A stretch of 32,000 nucleotides of DNA from an uncultured Bacilli bacterium (GTDB lineage Bacteria > Bacillota_I > Bacilli_A > RF39 > UBA660), in assembly GCA_947589105.1 (NCBI GenBank), contig CANQBL010000001.1, forward strand, positions 71,146 through 103,145. Direction: 5' to 3'. This document shows, in pieces, positions 8,713 to 18,597 of the stretch; the first letter of the stretch is position 1; each line of letters begins with the position of its first letter. A model generated the notes under the pieces. The model was not told where the DNA came from. It ran no database searches and saw only the letters and a list, made by a program, of their open reading frames with translations. The position numbers and the translations under genes are program-made.

Positions 8713-9618
8713 TTACTTTTTGCTATAAAAAGTTATTCTCATACCATGAGACTTTGTTTCAAACAAATAATTTTTATGTTCATCCACAAATTTAGGTATT
8801 ATTCCATTTTTTCCTATATCTATACAATTTTCATATTTTATAGTACCATATCCTGCCTGCACTAGACCATCACTTGTTAGATTACTATTTAATGATTTTA
8901 ATAATTTTAAAAATTCTTTTAATTCTTCTTTATTGAAATAACTACTAATATTAGAAAATACCATTGCTGAATAACTTTCGTTATCCAAATGTTTTTTTAA
9001 ATCAAATATACTACAATCAACAAAATCAATATTTTTTATCTCTTTTAGTTTTTGCTTTAACTCTTCATAATTTTTTCTTGTTAAATATCCCGATAATTTA
9101 GGATTATATTTAATATTAATTAAATTAAATTTTTCATCAACCGATGCGGTTTTCATAAATTCATAAAGTTGTTCAAAAAAGCTAGCACAAGGATAGTTCA
9201 AGTTAGAACATACCTTATTATATAAATTAACATCAGGACTGGCTAAAAATCCACCCGCAATAGAATTTGAAAATGGCACGTTTACCTTATATAACTTTTT
9301 AAATTCTTCATATGATAAACAGCTAATTGCCATAAATTTAAAAATAGTAAAATACTTTGCTAAGCAGTTAATATCAAACATCTTAACATAAGGTGCCCCA
9401 TTTAATATTGCCATTAGAGCTTGGTCTCCAGATGCTGTTACGGTTAAAACTCCTTTGCTAGAATCAAGAAAATTAAATATATCGCTTAAGCGATCATTTG
9501 TAAACGGATAAATATTATCATATTTACAAAAATAAGGAGCGAATTGATCTTTTCCAACTATCGCTAATGCTTCCAATTTAAAAAAGTCTTCATCTGCCAT
9601 TTGTTTTGTTATTTTCAT
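8713..9618 (-). CDS. DUF3419 / BtaA-like SAM-dependent transferase-fold protein
   Basis: 301 aa. GVLTVTASGDQALMAILNGAPYVKMFDINCLAKYFTIFKFMAISCLSYEEFKKLY follows the pattern I recall for DUF3419: SAM-binding loop, acidic residue, then LK..ai..L.yeeF. A GGAGTG SD precedes ATG 9618. Confidence 0.45.
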   Translation of the reverse strand: MKITKQMADEDFFKLEALAIVGKDQFAPYFCKYDNIYPFTNDRLSDIFNFLDSSKGVLTVTASGDQALMAILNGAPYVKMFDINCLAKYFTIFKFMAISCLSYEEFKKLYKVNVPFSNSIAGGFLASPDVNLYNKVCSNLNYPCASFFEQLYEFMKTASVDEKFNLINIKYNPKLSGYLTRKNYEELKQKLKEIKNIDFVDCSIFDLKKHLDNESYSAMVFSNISSYFNKEELKEFLKLLKSLNSNLTSDGLVQAGYGTIKYENCIDIGKNGIIPKFVDEHKNYLFETKSHGMRITFYSKK

Positions 9619-9698
9619 GTTATCACTCCTTTGTAAATGTATATAATATCATACTAAAAATAAAAACACAACTAAAACTAGCTGTGTAAAATTTAACG

Positions 9699-11651
9699 TT
9701 ACTGATTAGTCTTCATTTCGAAAATAATATCACGAAGTTCCATTGCTCGCTCAAAATCTAATTCTTTAGCGGCCTTATTCATTTCTTCTTCTAATTCTCT
9801 AAGAAGCTTATCATTATGTATATCATCTTTAGTGCGTTTTTTCTTTTTGTTATCATCATCTGAAATACTTACTACATCCATTATTTTCTTCTTAATGGTT
9901 TGCGGAATAATTTTATTTAGTTCATTATATTTAATTTGAATATCACGTCTTCTTTTTGTTTCATCAATTGCCATTTTCATTGAATCACTTACTATATCAC
10001 CATACATAATTACCCTGCCTCTTGCATTTCTTGCGCATCTTCCTATCGTTTGGATTAAACTTCTATAACTTCTTAAAAAACCTTGCTTATCAGCATCTAA
10101 AATAGCTACTAAACTTACCTCTGGAATATCAAGACCCTCTCTTAAAAGATTTATACCAACTAAAACATCATATTTTCCTTCTCTTAAATCATGAATTATT
10201 TTAAGCCTTTCTAAAGTTTTTACTTCACTATGTAGATAAGCCACCTTAATGTTTATATTTTTTAAATAAGAAGTAAGTTCTTCTGCCATTCTAATTGTTA
10301 AAGTGGTTACAAGAGTTCTATCACCATTATCAATTTGCTTTTGAATTTCCTCTATTAAATCATCAATTTGATTATTTGATTTTTTTACCTCGATTAAAGG
10401 ATCTAATAAACCGGTTGGTCTTATTATTTGCTCGGTTACTTTGTTATTAACTTTTTCTAGTTCTTCATCTCCTGGTGTTGCAGATAAATATATTACTTGA
10501 TTTATTTTACGTTCAAATTCTTCATACTTAAGAGGCCTATTATCCAAAGCACTAGGAAGTCTAAAACCATAATCAACAAGCATTTGTTTTCTATTTCTAT
10601 CTCCATTATACATAGCCTTTACCTGTGGCAAAGTAACATGAGACTCATCTACTACCAATAAAAAATCCTTTGGAAAAAAGTCAATTAAGCAAGTAGGTGT
10701 TGCTCCAACTGGTTTTAATGCTAAATGTCTTGAATAATTTTCTACACCAGAACAGAAACCAGTTTCTTCAAGCATTTCTATGTCATGCTTGCACCTTTCA
10801 CCCAGGCGTTCAGCTTCTAATAATTTACCTTTTTCATTAAAATATTTTAACCTCTCATCTAATTCTTCCTTAATGTTAACAATTGCTTTTTTTAATTTTT
10901 CTTCACTTGTTACAAAGTGTGATGCAGGCATTATTGATATGAATTTTCGATCACTTATAACAGCACCAGTTAAAACGTCGAATTCGCAAATTTTTTCTAT
11001 TTCATCACCAAATAATTCAATTCTAATTCCATGAGCTTTTTCATAAGACGGAATTACTTCTATAACATCTCCTTTGGCCCTAAATGTTCCTCTTACTAAA
11101 TCCACATTGTTTCTTTCGTACATCATATCAACTAGTTTTGATAACACATCATTTCTTTTTATTTCTTCTCCAACTGATAATGTAAGCATATGGTTTTCAT
11201 ATTCTTCTTTATCTCCAATACCATATATACAAGAGACTGATGCAACAACAATTACGTCTTTATAGTTAATTAAAGAAGAGGTTGCAAAGTGTCTTAACTC
11301 ATCTATTTCATCATTTATTGAAGAATCTTTTTCTATGTATGTATCAGAAGAAGGAACATAAGCTTCTGGCTGATAATAATCATAATAAGAAACAAAGTAG
11401 CATACATGATTGTTAGGAAAAAGTTCTTTTAACTCTGAATAAAGTTGACCTGCAAGTGTTTTGTTATGAGCAAGTACAAGGGTAGGTTTATTAACTTCTT
11501 TAATTACGTTTGCAATTGTAAAAGTTTTACCAGTTCCCGTTGCACCTAGTAAAACTTGGTATTTTTTTCCATTTTTTATTCCATCTGAAAGCTCTTTTAT
11601 TGCTTTTGGTTGATCTCCTGATGGTTTATATTTAGATACTAAGTCAAACAT
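9699..11651 (-). CDS. uvrB: excinuclease ABC subunit B
   Basis: The canonical N-terminus [18 protein letters not shown] starts at ATG 11651 after an AGGAGA SD. Also present are Walker [13 protein letters not shown] and the C-terminal UVR domain. The track start at 11702 is a TTG further upstream. Confidence 0.97.
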   Translation of the reverse strand: MFDLVSKYKPSGDQPKAIKELSDGIKNGKKYQVLLGATGTGKTFTIANVIKEVNKPTLVLAHNKTLAGQLYSELKELFPNNHVCYFVSYYDYYQPEAYVPSSDTYIEKDSSINDEIDELRHFATSSLINYKDVIVVASVSCIYGIGDKEEYENHMLTLSVGEEIKRNDVLSKLVDMMYERNNVDLVRGTFRAKGDVIEVIPSYEKAHGIRIELFGDEIEKICEFDVLTGAVISDRKFISIMPASHFVTSEEKLKKAIVNIKEELDERLKYFNEKGKLLEAERLGERCKHDIEMLEETGFCSGVENYSRHLALKPVGATPTCLIDFFPKDFLLVVDESHVTLPQVKAMYNGDRNRKQMLVDYGFRLPSALDNRPLKYEEFERKINQVIYLSATPGDEELEKVNNKVTEQIIRPTGLLDPLIEVKKSNNQIDDLIEEIQKQIDNGDRTLVTTLTIRMAEELTSYLKNINIKVAYLHSEVKTLERLKIIHDLREGKYDVLVGINLLREGLDIPEVSLVAILDADKQGFLRSYRSLIQTIGRCARNARGRVIMYGDIVSDSMKMAIDETKRRRDIQIKYNELNKIIPQTIKKKIMDVVSISDDDNKKKKRTKDDIHNDKLLRELEEEMNKAAKELDFERAMELRDIIFEMKTNQ

Positions 11652-11673
11652 AAATATTCTCCTTTGTAAATAT

Positions 11674-11702
11674 ATTCTAGCATTTATTATGTTTAAAAAC
11701 AA
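11674..11702 (-). promoter_or_regulatory. candidate sigma-A promoter of uvrB
   Basis: Minus strand: -35 TTGTTT (11702-11697), a 17-nt spacer including TGC, then -10 TAGAAT (11679-11674). It lies about 25 nt upstream of the uvrB ATG. Confidence 0.4.
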
Positions 11703-11708
11703 GAAAAC

Positions 11709-11737
11709 AAAAAAAGAAAATACCTAGTGGTATCTTC
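11709..11737 (-). terminator. intrinsic terminator after the M23 peptidase gene
   Basis: Minus strand: GAAGATACC-ACTA-GGTATTTTC, a 9-bp stem with one mismatch, followed by TTTTTTTG. Confidence 0.5.
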
Positions 11738-11740
11738 TTA

Positions 11741-12937
11741 TTACCTGTTATTATAACTTTGATTTAGTGGCGGAAATATTATTACGTCCCTTGGATTAAA
11801 CGTATGTTCTTCTAAACTGTCCCCTTTACCAGAAGAATAATATCTGGAATATCCTCTGTCTATATCTTTATACCTTCCAGTCGCAAGTCCTAAATGTAAA
11901 TGTGCTCCAAAGCATTTACCCGTACATCCAGATTTTGCAATTACAGTATCTGATGTTACAACTTGATATTTTTTAACTAATTGCTTTGATAAGTGGCAAT
12001 AAATTGAAGAATATTCCCGCCCATTTATATTATGCCAAACTACCAGTGATATTCCACATATTTCACCCGTATATCCTACTATTCCTGGTGCTACTGCATA
12101 TACTGAAGTTCCTGTTGGCATTGCTATATCTATAGCGAAGTGTTTATTAAATGAACCATTTAAAGTTCTATTTCCAAATTCACTAGATATCCTACCTGAC
12201 ACAGTTGGTCTTCTAAACGTTGTGCCTGGTGGCAGACTGTTACTACCAAATACCCTACTTGTACAAGCACTTATGGTATCAGATTCCTTACATCCTAAAG
12301 ATTTGTAATATTTAAGTTGCTCTTGCATTCCTTTAAGAACTTGTTCTTCGGATTCTCCTTCGGCATCAAGTTCACTACGTTTTTTACTAAGTACTATAAC
12401 CTGGGTTTCTTGTTCTTGTTTAAGTTTAACAAGTTCTTCTTTTTTAACAGCCATGTCTTTTTTAATTTTCTCATTTTCTGCAATCATATCATTCATTTTT
12501 TTAATTGTTTTTTTATTATATGAAGAAATTTGCTCAGTTATTGACAAACGATATATTAAATCAGTCATACTTTCTGCCCCCATTATGTACTCTAACATTG
12601 TTGATCCAGATGATGACACCTCATAATATTTCATTAAGTCCTTTATTTCTTCGTTTTTCTTTTGAATATCTTTTTCAAGCTGCTCGCTTTCTTTAGTTTT
12701 AGCCTCTATGGCTTCCTCAGTTTTTATTATATTTTGCTTTATTTCGGATATCTTCTTTTGAGTTTCGGCTAAATTTTGATTATTTATTGCTTTTTTTGTG
12801 TTTGTATCATTTAATTTTTTTTGTGCCGCATCAATTTCTTTTTGAATGTCACCTATTGTTTTTGCTTGTATCGTTATAATTGGAATGAACAAAGTTATTA
12901 TAAAAACTAATAAAACTTTTAATGTTTTTTTCATCAT
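11741..12937 (-). CDS. secreted coiled-coil M23 (LytM) peptidoglycan endopeptidase, probable FtsEX partner
   Basis: Signal peptide, a ~200-aa K/E-rich coiled coil, and intact M23 motifs HFAIDIA (HxxxD), YCHL and HLHLG. Its start overlaps the ftsX stop (ATGA at 12937-12934). Confidence 0.8.
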   Translation of the reverse strand: MMKKTLKVLLVFIITLFIPIITIQAKTIGDIQKEIDAAQKKLNDTNTKKAINNQNLAETQKKISEIKQNIIKTEEAIEAKTKESEQLEKDIQKKNEEIKDLMKYYEVSSSGSTMLEYIMGAESMTDLIYRLSITEQISSYNKKTIKKMNDMIAENEKIKKDMAVKKEELVKLKQEQETQVIVLSKKRSELDAEGESEEQVLKGMQEQLKYYKSLGCKESDTISACTSRVFGSNSLPPGTTFRRPTVSGRISSEFGNRTLNGSFNKHFAIDIAMPTGTSVYAVAPGIVGYTGEICGISLVVWHNINGREYSSIYCHLSKQLVKKYQVVTSDTVIAKSGCTGKCFGAHLHLGLATGRYKDIDRGYSRYYSSGKGDSLEEHTFNPRDVIIFPPLNQSYNNR

Positions 12938-13857
12938 ATTTTTAAATACTTCCTTACTGCATTATAACTACCAAACATACCAACAACAACACCTAATACT
13001 AACAAAGCTAATGATACAATATAAACAAACGGTTCTGCGGAAACTAGTTTTATAAATGGAGAAAATAACTGACCATTAAAATGACCATATAACACAGAGT
13101 ACCCATAAATGGTTAAACACATCGGTATTATAGCTCCTAAAAAGCCTAAGACAAAACCTTCTATAACAAATGGCTGTTTAATAGAGAAGTTTGATGCTCC
13201 AACTAATCTCATGATTTCTATTTCTCTTTTTCTTGAAAAAATTGTTATTTTTATGGTGTTAGTAATTAAGAATAAAGTTACTAATACTAATGCCACCATA
13301 GTTATTAGTATTCCTTTTTCTACGACACTAAAAACAGAAAGTAAACTTTCTACCATTCCCTGGCCATATTTAACATCTTTAACCAAGTTTAGTTTTCGAA
13401 TTTCTTTGGCAGTGTTAGATATTTTTTGAGTATCTTTTACTTTAACTAATAAAGTATCATATAGCGGATTCGTTTCGTCTGTCCAAGTATCAATTATGGC
13501 AGATAAAGAATCAGAAGTATCTTTCATCTCACTTGCTATTTCTTTTTTAGTTTGATGTGTTATGTTATCAATGTTATCTAATTTTTTAATCCTTTCGGTT
13601 AAATTATCTATTTGTTCTTTACTTGCAGCATTATCAATAAAGGTAACTATGGTAAAGTCTTGTTTAACCCTTTTAGTAACACTTTCCACATTATATGATA
13701 CGATAAGAGCAATTGCAACAATCAAAAGAGTTATAGTTATGCAAGATATTGAAGCAAGTGATAAACTAAGATTTCTTCCAACGCTTTTAAATCCATCTCT
13801 TATATTTCTAAAAATTATTCTAAGCCCCTTCATAATTACTATAACTTCCCTTCTCAT
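12934..13857 (-). CDS. ftsX: cell-division ABC transporter permease FtsX
   Basis: Four TM helices with a large first extracytoplasmic loop, directly downstream of ftsE and overlapping it. An alternative start is ATG 13833 (MKGLRIIFRN). Confidence 0.85.
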   Translation of the reverse strand: MRREVIVIMKGLRIIFRNIRDGFKSVGRNLSLSLASISCITITLLIVAIALIVSYNVESVTKRVKQDFTIVTFIDNAASKEQIDNLTERIKKLDNIDNITHQTKKEIASEMKDTSDSLSAIIDTWTDETNPLYDTLLVKVKDTQKISNTAKEIRKLNLVKDVKYGQGMVESLLSVFSVVEKGILITMVALVLVTLFLITNTIKITIFSRKREIEIMRLVGASNFSIKQPFVIEGFVLGFLGAIIPMCLTIYGYSVLYGHFNGQLFSPFIKLVSAEPFVYIVSLALLVLGVVVGMFGSYNAVRKYLKI

Positions 13858-14518
13858 AGTCTTTAACTAATTTTCCATTATCTAATAAAACAACTCTTTT
13901 TTTCATTTTATCAACCATTTCTCTATCATGTGTTGCCATAACAACTGTAGTACCTAAATCATTTATTTTTTCAATTACTTTCATAACTTCTAAACTTGTA
14001 TCTGGATCTAAGTTACCAGTTGGTTCATCACAAATAAGTAACTTAGGAGAGTTAACTATTGCCCTTGCTATTGCAACACGCTGTTGTTCTCCGCCTGATA
14101 ATTGATCGGGATAGCTTTTACTTCTTGCTTTTAAACCAACTAAATCTAAGGCTTTTAATACTTTTCTTTTTACCTCTTCTGTTGGTAACCCATATATTTC
14201 AAGTGCAAAAGCTACGTTTTCATAAACTGTTAACTTTGGTAATAATTTATAATCCTGAAAGACTATTCCTATTTTTCTTCTTAATTTATATACCTTACTA
14301 TTTTTTACTTTTGCAACATTAACACCACCAACATAAATTTCGCCACTAGTTGGTTTTTCTTCACGATATAGCATTTTAATTAAAGTTGATTTACCACTAC
14401 CAGATGCACCAATTACAAATACAAACTCTCCTTTTTTAATATCCAAATTCATATTATAAATAGCATTAACACCATTTTTGTAAGTTTTATCAACATTTCT
14501 AAATTTAATAAACTCCAT
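13820..14518 (-). CDS. ftsE: cell-division ATP-binding protein FtsE
   Basis: ABC ATPase with GASGSGKST, LSGGEQQRVAIARA and LLICDEPTGNLD. An AAGGAAGGG SD precedes ATG 14518. Confidence 0.92.
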   Translation of the reverse strand: MEFIKFRNVDKTYKNGVNAIYNMNLDIKKGEFVFVIGASGSGKSTLIKMLYREEKPTSGEIYVGGVNVAKVKNSKVYKLRRKIGIVFQDYKLLPKLTVYENVAFALEIYGLPTEEVKRKVLKALDLVGLKARSKSYPDQLSGGEQQRVAIARAIVNSPKLLICDEPTGNLDPDTSLEVMKVIEKINDLGTTVVMATHDREMVDKMKKRVVLLDNGKLVKDYEKGSYSNYEGA

Positions 14519-14550
14519 TTTAAACCCTTCCTTTACTTCTTCTTTTTTTC

Positions 14551-15459
14551 CTAAGCTATAATATTAGAATTACCAGTATATGTTCCACTTGTCTGGTAGG
14601 CATCTGTTACTAAAACAACTGCCTTAGAATCAATTTGTTCAACTCCCTCACTCACCTTAAAATATTCGCTTGTTGGAACTACACACATAATTATTTGATC
14701 TTTTTTATTTGTATATCCTCCTCTTGTTTCAATTAAAGTAATACCTAATTTTAATTCTTTTAATAAATAATCTATAACCTCTTCATCTTTATCAGTTGTA
14801 ATATAAACAGCCTTATTTTTAGATATACCTAAAACCACTTTATCAACTAGTATATTTATTATGTATAATACTATAATAGCATACAATACCCTTGTCCATC
14901 CAAAGAAAAAACCTCCAATTAAAACAATTATACCATCTATTAATAACATCGAAGATCCAATAGATATTTTAAAATATTTTGATACAATTTGATTTAATAT
15001 ATCTGTTCCTCCCGTTGTAAATCCACTTTTAAATACAATTCCCGAAGCAACCCCAACGCATACTCCGCCTATTATTGTAATTAATAATAAATCAGAATTA
15101 TCAATTATAATATAATTTCCTATATCCGCCGTAAGTTTTACAAATAAAGGAAACAAAATAGAACCAACTACCGAATCTATGGTTTTTCTTTTACCTAACA
15201 AGAAAAAGCTTAAAATAAGGAAAAATATATTTAAAATTAATATCGTTAAAGAAGGATCTATTAAATTTTGTAAAATTATCGATATACCACTTGCACCACC
15301 ATAAACTATATTATTTTTAAAAAAGAATAAATTATATGCTATGGCATATACCAAAGTGCCTAATAATAAGAAGATATATCTTTTAAATAAATGAGCTTTT
15401 TCTACTAATTGTAAAACATTCTTTTTATGTTTTTCTCTTAACTTTCTAAATAATTTCAT
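14551..15459 (-). CDS. YitT-family membrane protein with C-terminal DUF2179 domain (yvjA-like position)
   Basis: Five or six TM helices plus a soluble C-terminal domain; GGTDIL motif. It sits immediately after prfB, as yvjA does in Bacillus. Confidence 0.75.
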   Translation of the reverse strand: MKLFRKLREKHKKNVLQLVEKAHLFKRYIFLLLGTLVYAIAYNLFFFKNNIVYGGASGISIILQNLIDPSLTILILNIFFLILSFFLLGKRKTIDSVVGSILFPLFVKLTADIGNYIIIDNSDLLLITIIGGVCVGVASGIVFKSGFTTGGTDILNQIVSKYFKISIGSSMLLIDGIIVLIGGFFFGWTRVLYAIIVLYIINILVDKVVLGISKNKAVYITTDKDEEVIDYLLKELKLGITLIETRGGYTNKKDQIIMCVVPTSEYFKVSEGVEQIDSKAVVLVTDAYQTSGTYTGNSNIIA

Positions 15460-15460
15460 A

Positions 15461-16544
15461 TTAGTTTACCTTTCTTAGATAATTATATATAAATTCATCA
15501 ATATCACCGTCAAGTACCTTACTAACATTTGATGTTTCATAATTTGTTCTATGATCTTTTACCATTGAATAAGGATGCATTACATAACTTCTTATTTGCG
15601 ATCCAAACTCTATACCAGAATTATTTGCTTTTTGCTTACTTATTAATTCTTTTTGCTTTTTTTGCTCTATTTCATATAATTTACTTTTTAGTACCTTTAG
15701 CGCTGTTTCTTTATTTTTAATCTGACTTCTTCCATTTTGACATGTAACTACTATTCCTGTTTTTATATGAGTTATTCTAACTGCACTATCTGTAGTATTT
15801 ACACCCTGACCCCCCGGTCCACTACTTCTATATACATCTACTTTTATATCAGAATCTTTTAACTCTATATCTATATTATCATCAAATTCTGGAATAACAT
15901 CTACTGCTGCAAAAGAAGTATGTCTACGATTATTAGAATCAAAAGGTGATAATCTTACTAAGCGATGTACCCCTTTTTCACTTTTTAAATACCCATAAGC
16001 ATAATTTCCTTTTACTATACATGTAACACTTTTTATTCCAGCATCTTCACCTATTTGTTCATCTACAATTTCATATTTAAAATTCTTTTTATTAAAGTAT
16101 TTTAAATACATTCTAAGTAGCATCTGAGCCCAATCTTGACTTTCGGTCCCCCCTGCACCTGCATGAATCTCAAAAATGGCATCTTTAGAATCGTATTCTT
16201 TGCCTAAGAAAATTGTTACCTCATGATCTTTTATGGCTTTTATTGATTCGTTATAAATCAATTCACACTCTTCTAATTCTTTTTCGGTAAGTTTTGATAA
16301 ATCATACATATTTAGTAAATCTATATTTTCTTTTATTTTTAGAACAGGTTCTATAATTTCTTTTAAAAGATTCATTTGTTTTATAGTTTTTTCTGCCCTC
16401 TTAGTATCATTCCAAAATGAAGGACTATCATACTCTTTTTCTAATAACTTTATTTGACTAATTTTTTTATCTAAGTCAAAGAGCCCTCCACATATTATCT
16501 AATAACTCATTTAAAAGTTCTACATCTTTACGTGTTATTTCCAT
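15461..16544 (-). CDS. prfB: peptide chain release factor 2, requiring a programmed +1 frameshift
   Basis: Frame 0 from ATG 16544 reads MEITRKDVELLNELLDNMWRAL and then TGA (16478-16476). The +1 frame continues DLDKKISQIKLLEKEYDSPSFWND... into the track ORF 15461..16375, which carries SPF and GGQ (SGPGGQGVNTTDSAVR). Confidence 0.93.
16475..16489 (-). promoter_or_regulatory. prfB autoregulatory +1 frameshift site
   Basis: Minus strand reads GGAGGG CTC TTT GAC. This is an SD-like GGAGGG 3 nt upstream of the slippery CUU UGA C, the classic RF2 recoding signal. Confidence 0.9.
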
Positions 16545-16561
16545 ATAATCACCTATTTAAA

Positions 16562-16570
16562 ATTATAGCA
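16562..16570 (-). promoter_or_regulatory. candidate extended -10 (TGCTATAAT) giving prfB its own promoter
   Basis: Minus strand reads TGCTATAAT about 18 nt upstream of the prfB ATG, followed by an AGGTGA SD. Confidence 0.4.
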
Positions 16571-16725
16571 TAATTTTATAATTAAATAAATGGAAGTATG
16601 CTAAAAAAATATTGGAATTATTTTCCTTTATTTTAAATAATTCAAATAACATAAATAGTTTATTATATATAACAATAATAGTAGCAACTGATAAACCCAA
16701 AAAATAGATTATCAACTATAAAAAT

Positions 16726-16747
16726 AAAGTTCCTGAGTAGGAACTTT
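16726..16747. terminator. bidirectional hairpin terminator downstream of the C39-like gene
   Basis: AAAGTTCC-TGAGTA-GGAACTTT (8-bp stem) with T-rich runs on both strands. Confidence 0.45.
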
Positions 16748-16968
16748 TTATTTGTATTAAAACTATATTTTTAAATATAATTGTTCTTTTGCCTATCATA
16801 ATATTTTTATGACAAGAATTTAAAAATTTTATTTTAAAGTACTTATATTTGAAATATCCAAATAACTATTCTATTAAAACTGTTTTAATATGATTAAAAA
16901 ATTTAATTTTTACATATATAATTTTTAATTTCAAAATAAGAAAAAAAGAGGAAGATCTACAACACTAT

Positions 16969-17574
16969 TTAATTTACTTTTTTTATAAATAAAAAATTAA
17001 AAGATTCCTTTCTTCCATAAATTTCTCTAATTAAACTTTCATAGGAAAATGCAACGCCAATTTGATCATCACCTATTTTATTTGGATTAATAACATAAAA
17101 ATTATTGTTTTCATCTATATCACTAACTACTAGGTAATGACCATAATGGGAAAAAGTACCTTCATAGTTTTCATAATTATCTGCTGGTCCAACATGAATA
17201 ATAGCCATATTGCCATTTCTAATATTATCAATAATTCTCTTTTTTTGTTCTTCAGGATTATTAAAATTAATTTTTATTATCTCATATTCAATTTTTATTT
17301 TATCTTCTTTAATAAGTCTATCTAAGCAATATATTAAACCTTTAGAGCTTATACCTTTTGATTTTAAATAGATATTATCAAAATTTCCATTTTTATCAAC
17401 AATTATCTTTTTTACTATTTCAATGGGATTATACTTTATCCCATAATTTGAAAGTATAATAGCTATAGAAGTCGGTCCACAACCCCTATGCGGAATATCC
17501 CAATCTCCTAATTTATCCCTAAATTCATTTATAGTATAATCTAATTGCCTATACCTAATTCTATTTTGATTCAT
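16969..17574 (-). CDS. C39-like (papain-fold) cysteine peptidase domain protein, cytoplasmic
   Basis: 201 aa. HRGCGPTSIAIILSNYG matches the C39_2-type catalytic Cys motif, and GHYLVVSDID supplies the downstream His. There is no signal peptide or TM helix. An AGGAGA SD precedes the start. Confidence 0.5.
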   Translation of the reverse strand: MNQNRIRYRQLDYTINEFRDKLGDWDIPHRGCGPTSIAIILSNYGIKYNPIEIVKKIIVDKNGNFDNIYLKSKGISSKGLIYCLDRLIKEDKIKIEYEIIKINFNNPEEQKKRIIDNIRNGNMAIIHVGPADNYENYEGTFSHYGHYLVVSDIDENNNFYVINPNKIGDDQIGVAFSYESLIREIYGRKESFNFLFIKKVN

Positions 17575-17604
17575 TTTCTATCTCCTAAATAAAATTATGG
17601 AAAT

Positions 17605-17678
17605 ATGTTGAAAATATTTTTTTCGTAAAGTTTCATCATTTTCCAAAAAATGATGAAAAATGAGGAAATTTTCAACAT
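17605..17678. repeat. nested imperfect palindrome in a cassette spacer
   Basis: Outer 11-bp arms are ATGTTGAAAAT (17605-17615) and ATTTTCAACAT (17668-17678). Inner perfect 12-bp arms are TTTCATCATTTT (17631-17642) and AAAATGATGAAA (17647-17658), with a 4-nt loop. Word pair TGATGAA/TGAGGAA starts at 17651 and 17661. Confidence 0.8.
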
Positions 17679-17803
17679 TTGTTTACCAACTTTAATTTTT
17701 TTAATCTTATTCATATTTATGAACACAATACCTTATCAAAAATAAATATTATTTTGATAATCGTTTAAATCTTTCTTTTAATATTTCTCCTTCAGCCTAT
17801 ATT

Positions 17804-17813
17804 TTATAAAACC
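17804..17813 (-). repeat. TTATAAAACC core decamer, possibly a third and heavily degraded junction
   Basis: The same 10-mer follows the secA stop (22156-22165) and the SEC-C remnant at 20079-20088. Here the flanking tail-coding sequence is only weakly recognisable. Confidence 0.3.
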
Positions 17814-17920
17814 ATATAAATTATAAGCATTTCTAAAAGATTCTTAAATATGATTTTATATATTTTTTAATTATTGTTGAATATGTATCTTTATATAATT
17901 CTCGCATTTGTTATATAAAA

Positions 17921-18499
17921 TTACATATTTTCTTCTATGTCTTTTATAATATTATTTAAACTTTTAATTCTATCTTTAGAAGTATCATAATACTTAATTT
18001 TGTATTTAGGGCATTCTCTTTTTAGCATCTCGTTTGCAGAATACCAATCAATAGCATGTTTTTTTAAATATTTCTTAGAAAGACCAAAAGTCCAATCCTT
18101 TTCTGTATCGTGATTAATACAAAGTTCTACCATTTCATCAACATTTAGATTCCCTAATCCAAGACACACAACAATAGTCTCTTTTAAGTTTATCATCTTA
18201 CTAACTATTTTAGGATGTAATTGCCCACTTTCTAATATATATCCATAGTTTTTTTTATCTTTTTTAATAGAAGAGTCAAAAAATTCTAATAGAGTTCTTT
18301 GAAAAAACTCTCCGTGCTCAAACTCCTTTTGTTTTTCTACATTATTTCTGTAATATTCTTCTTTATTATTTGCTCTTATCATAGCCCATTTTAAAGAATC
18401 ACTGTGTATTAAGTTATAATTATTATATTTGTCTTTTAGCATTTCACTTAACGTTGTTTTTCCTGCTCTGCCTATTCCCATTATTAATATATTTTTCAT
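17921..18499 (-). CDS. P-loop NTPase / small-molecule or nucleotide kinase-like protein
   Basis: 192 aa with N-terminal Walker A GIGRAGKTT. Size and layout resemble the adenylate-kinase/AAA_18 fold. No closer assignment is possible. Confidence 0.5.
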   Translation of the reverse strand: MKNILIMGIGRAGKTTLSEMLKDKYNNYNLIHSDSLKWAMIRANNKEEYYRNNVEKQKEFEHGEFFQRTLLEFFDSSIKKDKKNYGYILESGQLHPKIVSKMINLKETIVVCLGLGNLNVDEMVELCINHDTEKDWTFGLSKKYLKKHAIDWYSANEMLKRECPKYKIKYYDTSKDRIKSLNNIIKDIEENM

Positions 18500-18597
18500 A
18501 ATTATCTTACCCTTCTATTTATTTTGACACAAATTTATAAAACTTTCAAAAATACAATTCCTATTATTACTTTCTTTAGTTTTTATCTCCAATTCTT

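Noticed and set aside
8660-11690. LexA (Cheo box GAAC-N4-GTTC) sites upstream of uvrA and uvrB; also a resemblance of TAGAATATAT to the B. subtilis dif core
   Set aside because: The shared motif TAGAATATAT(T/A) has at least 3 mismatches to the Cheo consensus and is not palindromic. It is better explained as a TGNTAGAAT extended -10 promoter element. A 10-nt AT-rich match to dif is not meaningful.
16560-16968. A fourth SEC-C/TTATAA junction between the C39-like gene and prfB (for example ATTTTATAATTAAATAAAT near 16573)
   Set aside because: The similarity is confined to generic AT-rich sequence, and no tail-coding or 9-bp repeat block is recognisable.
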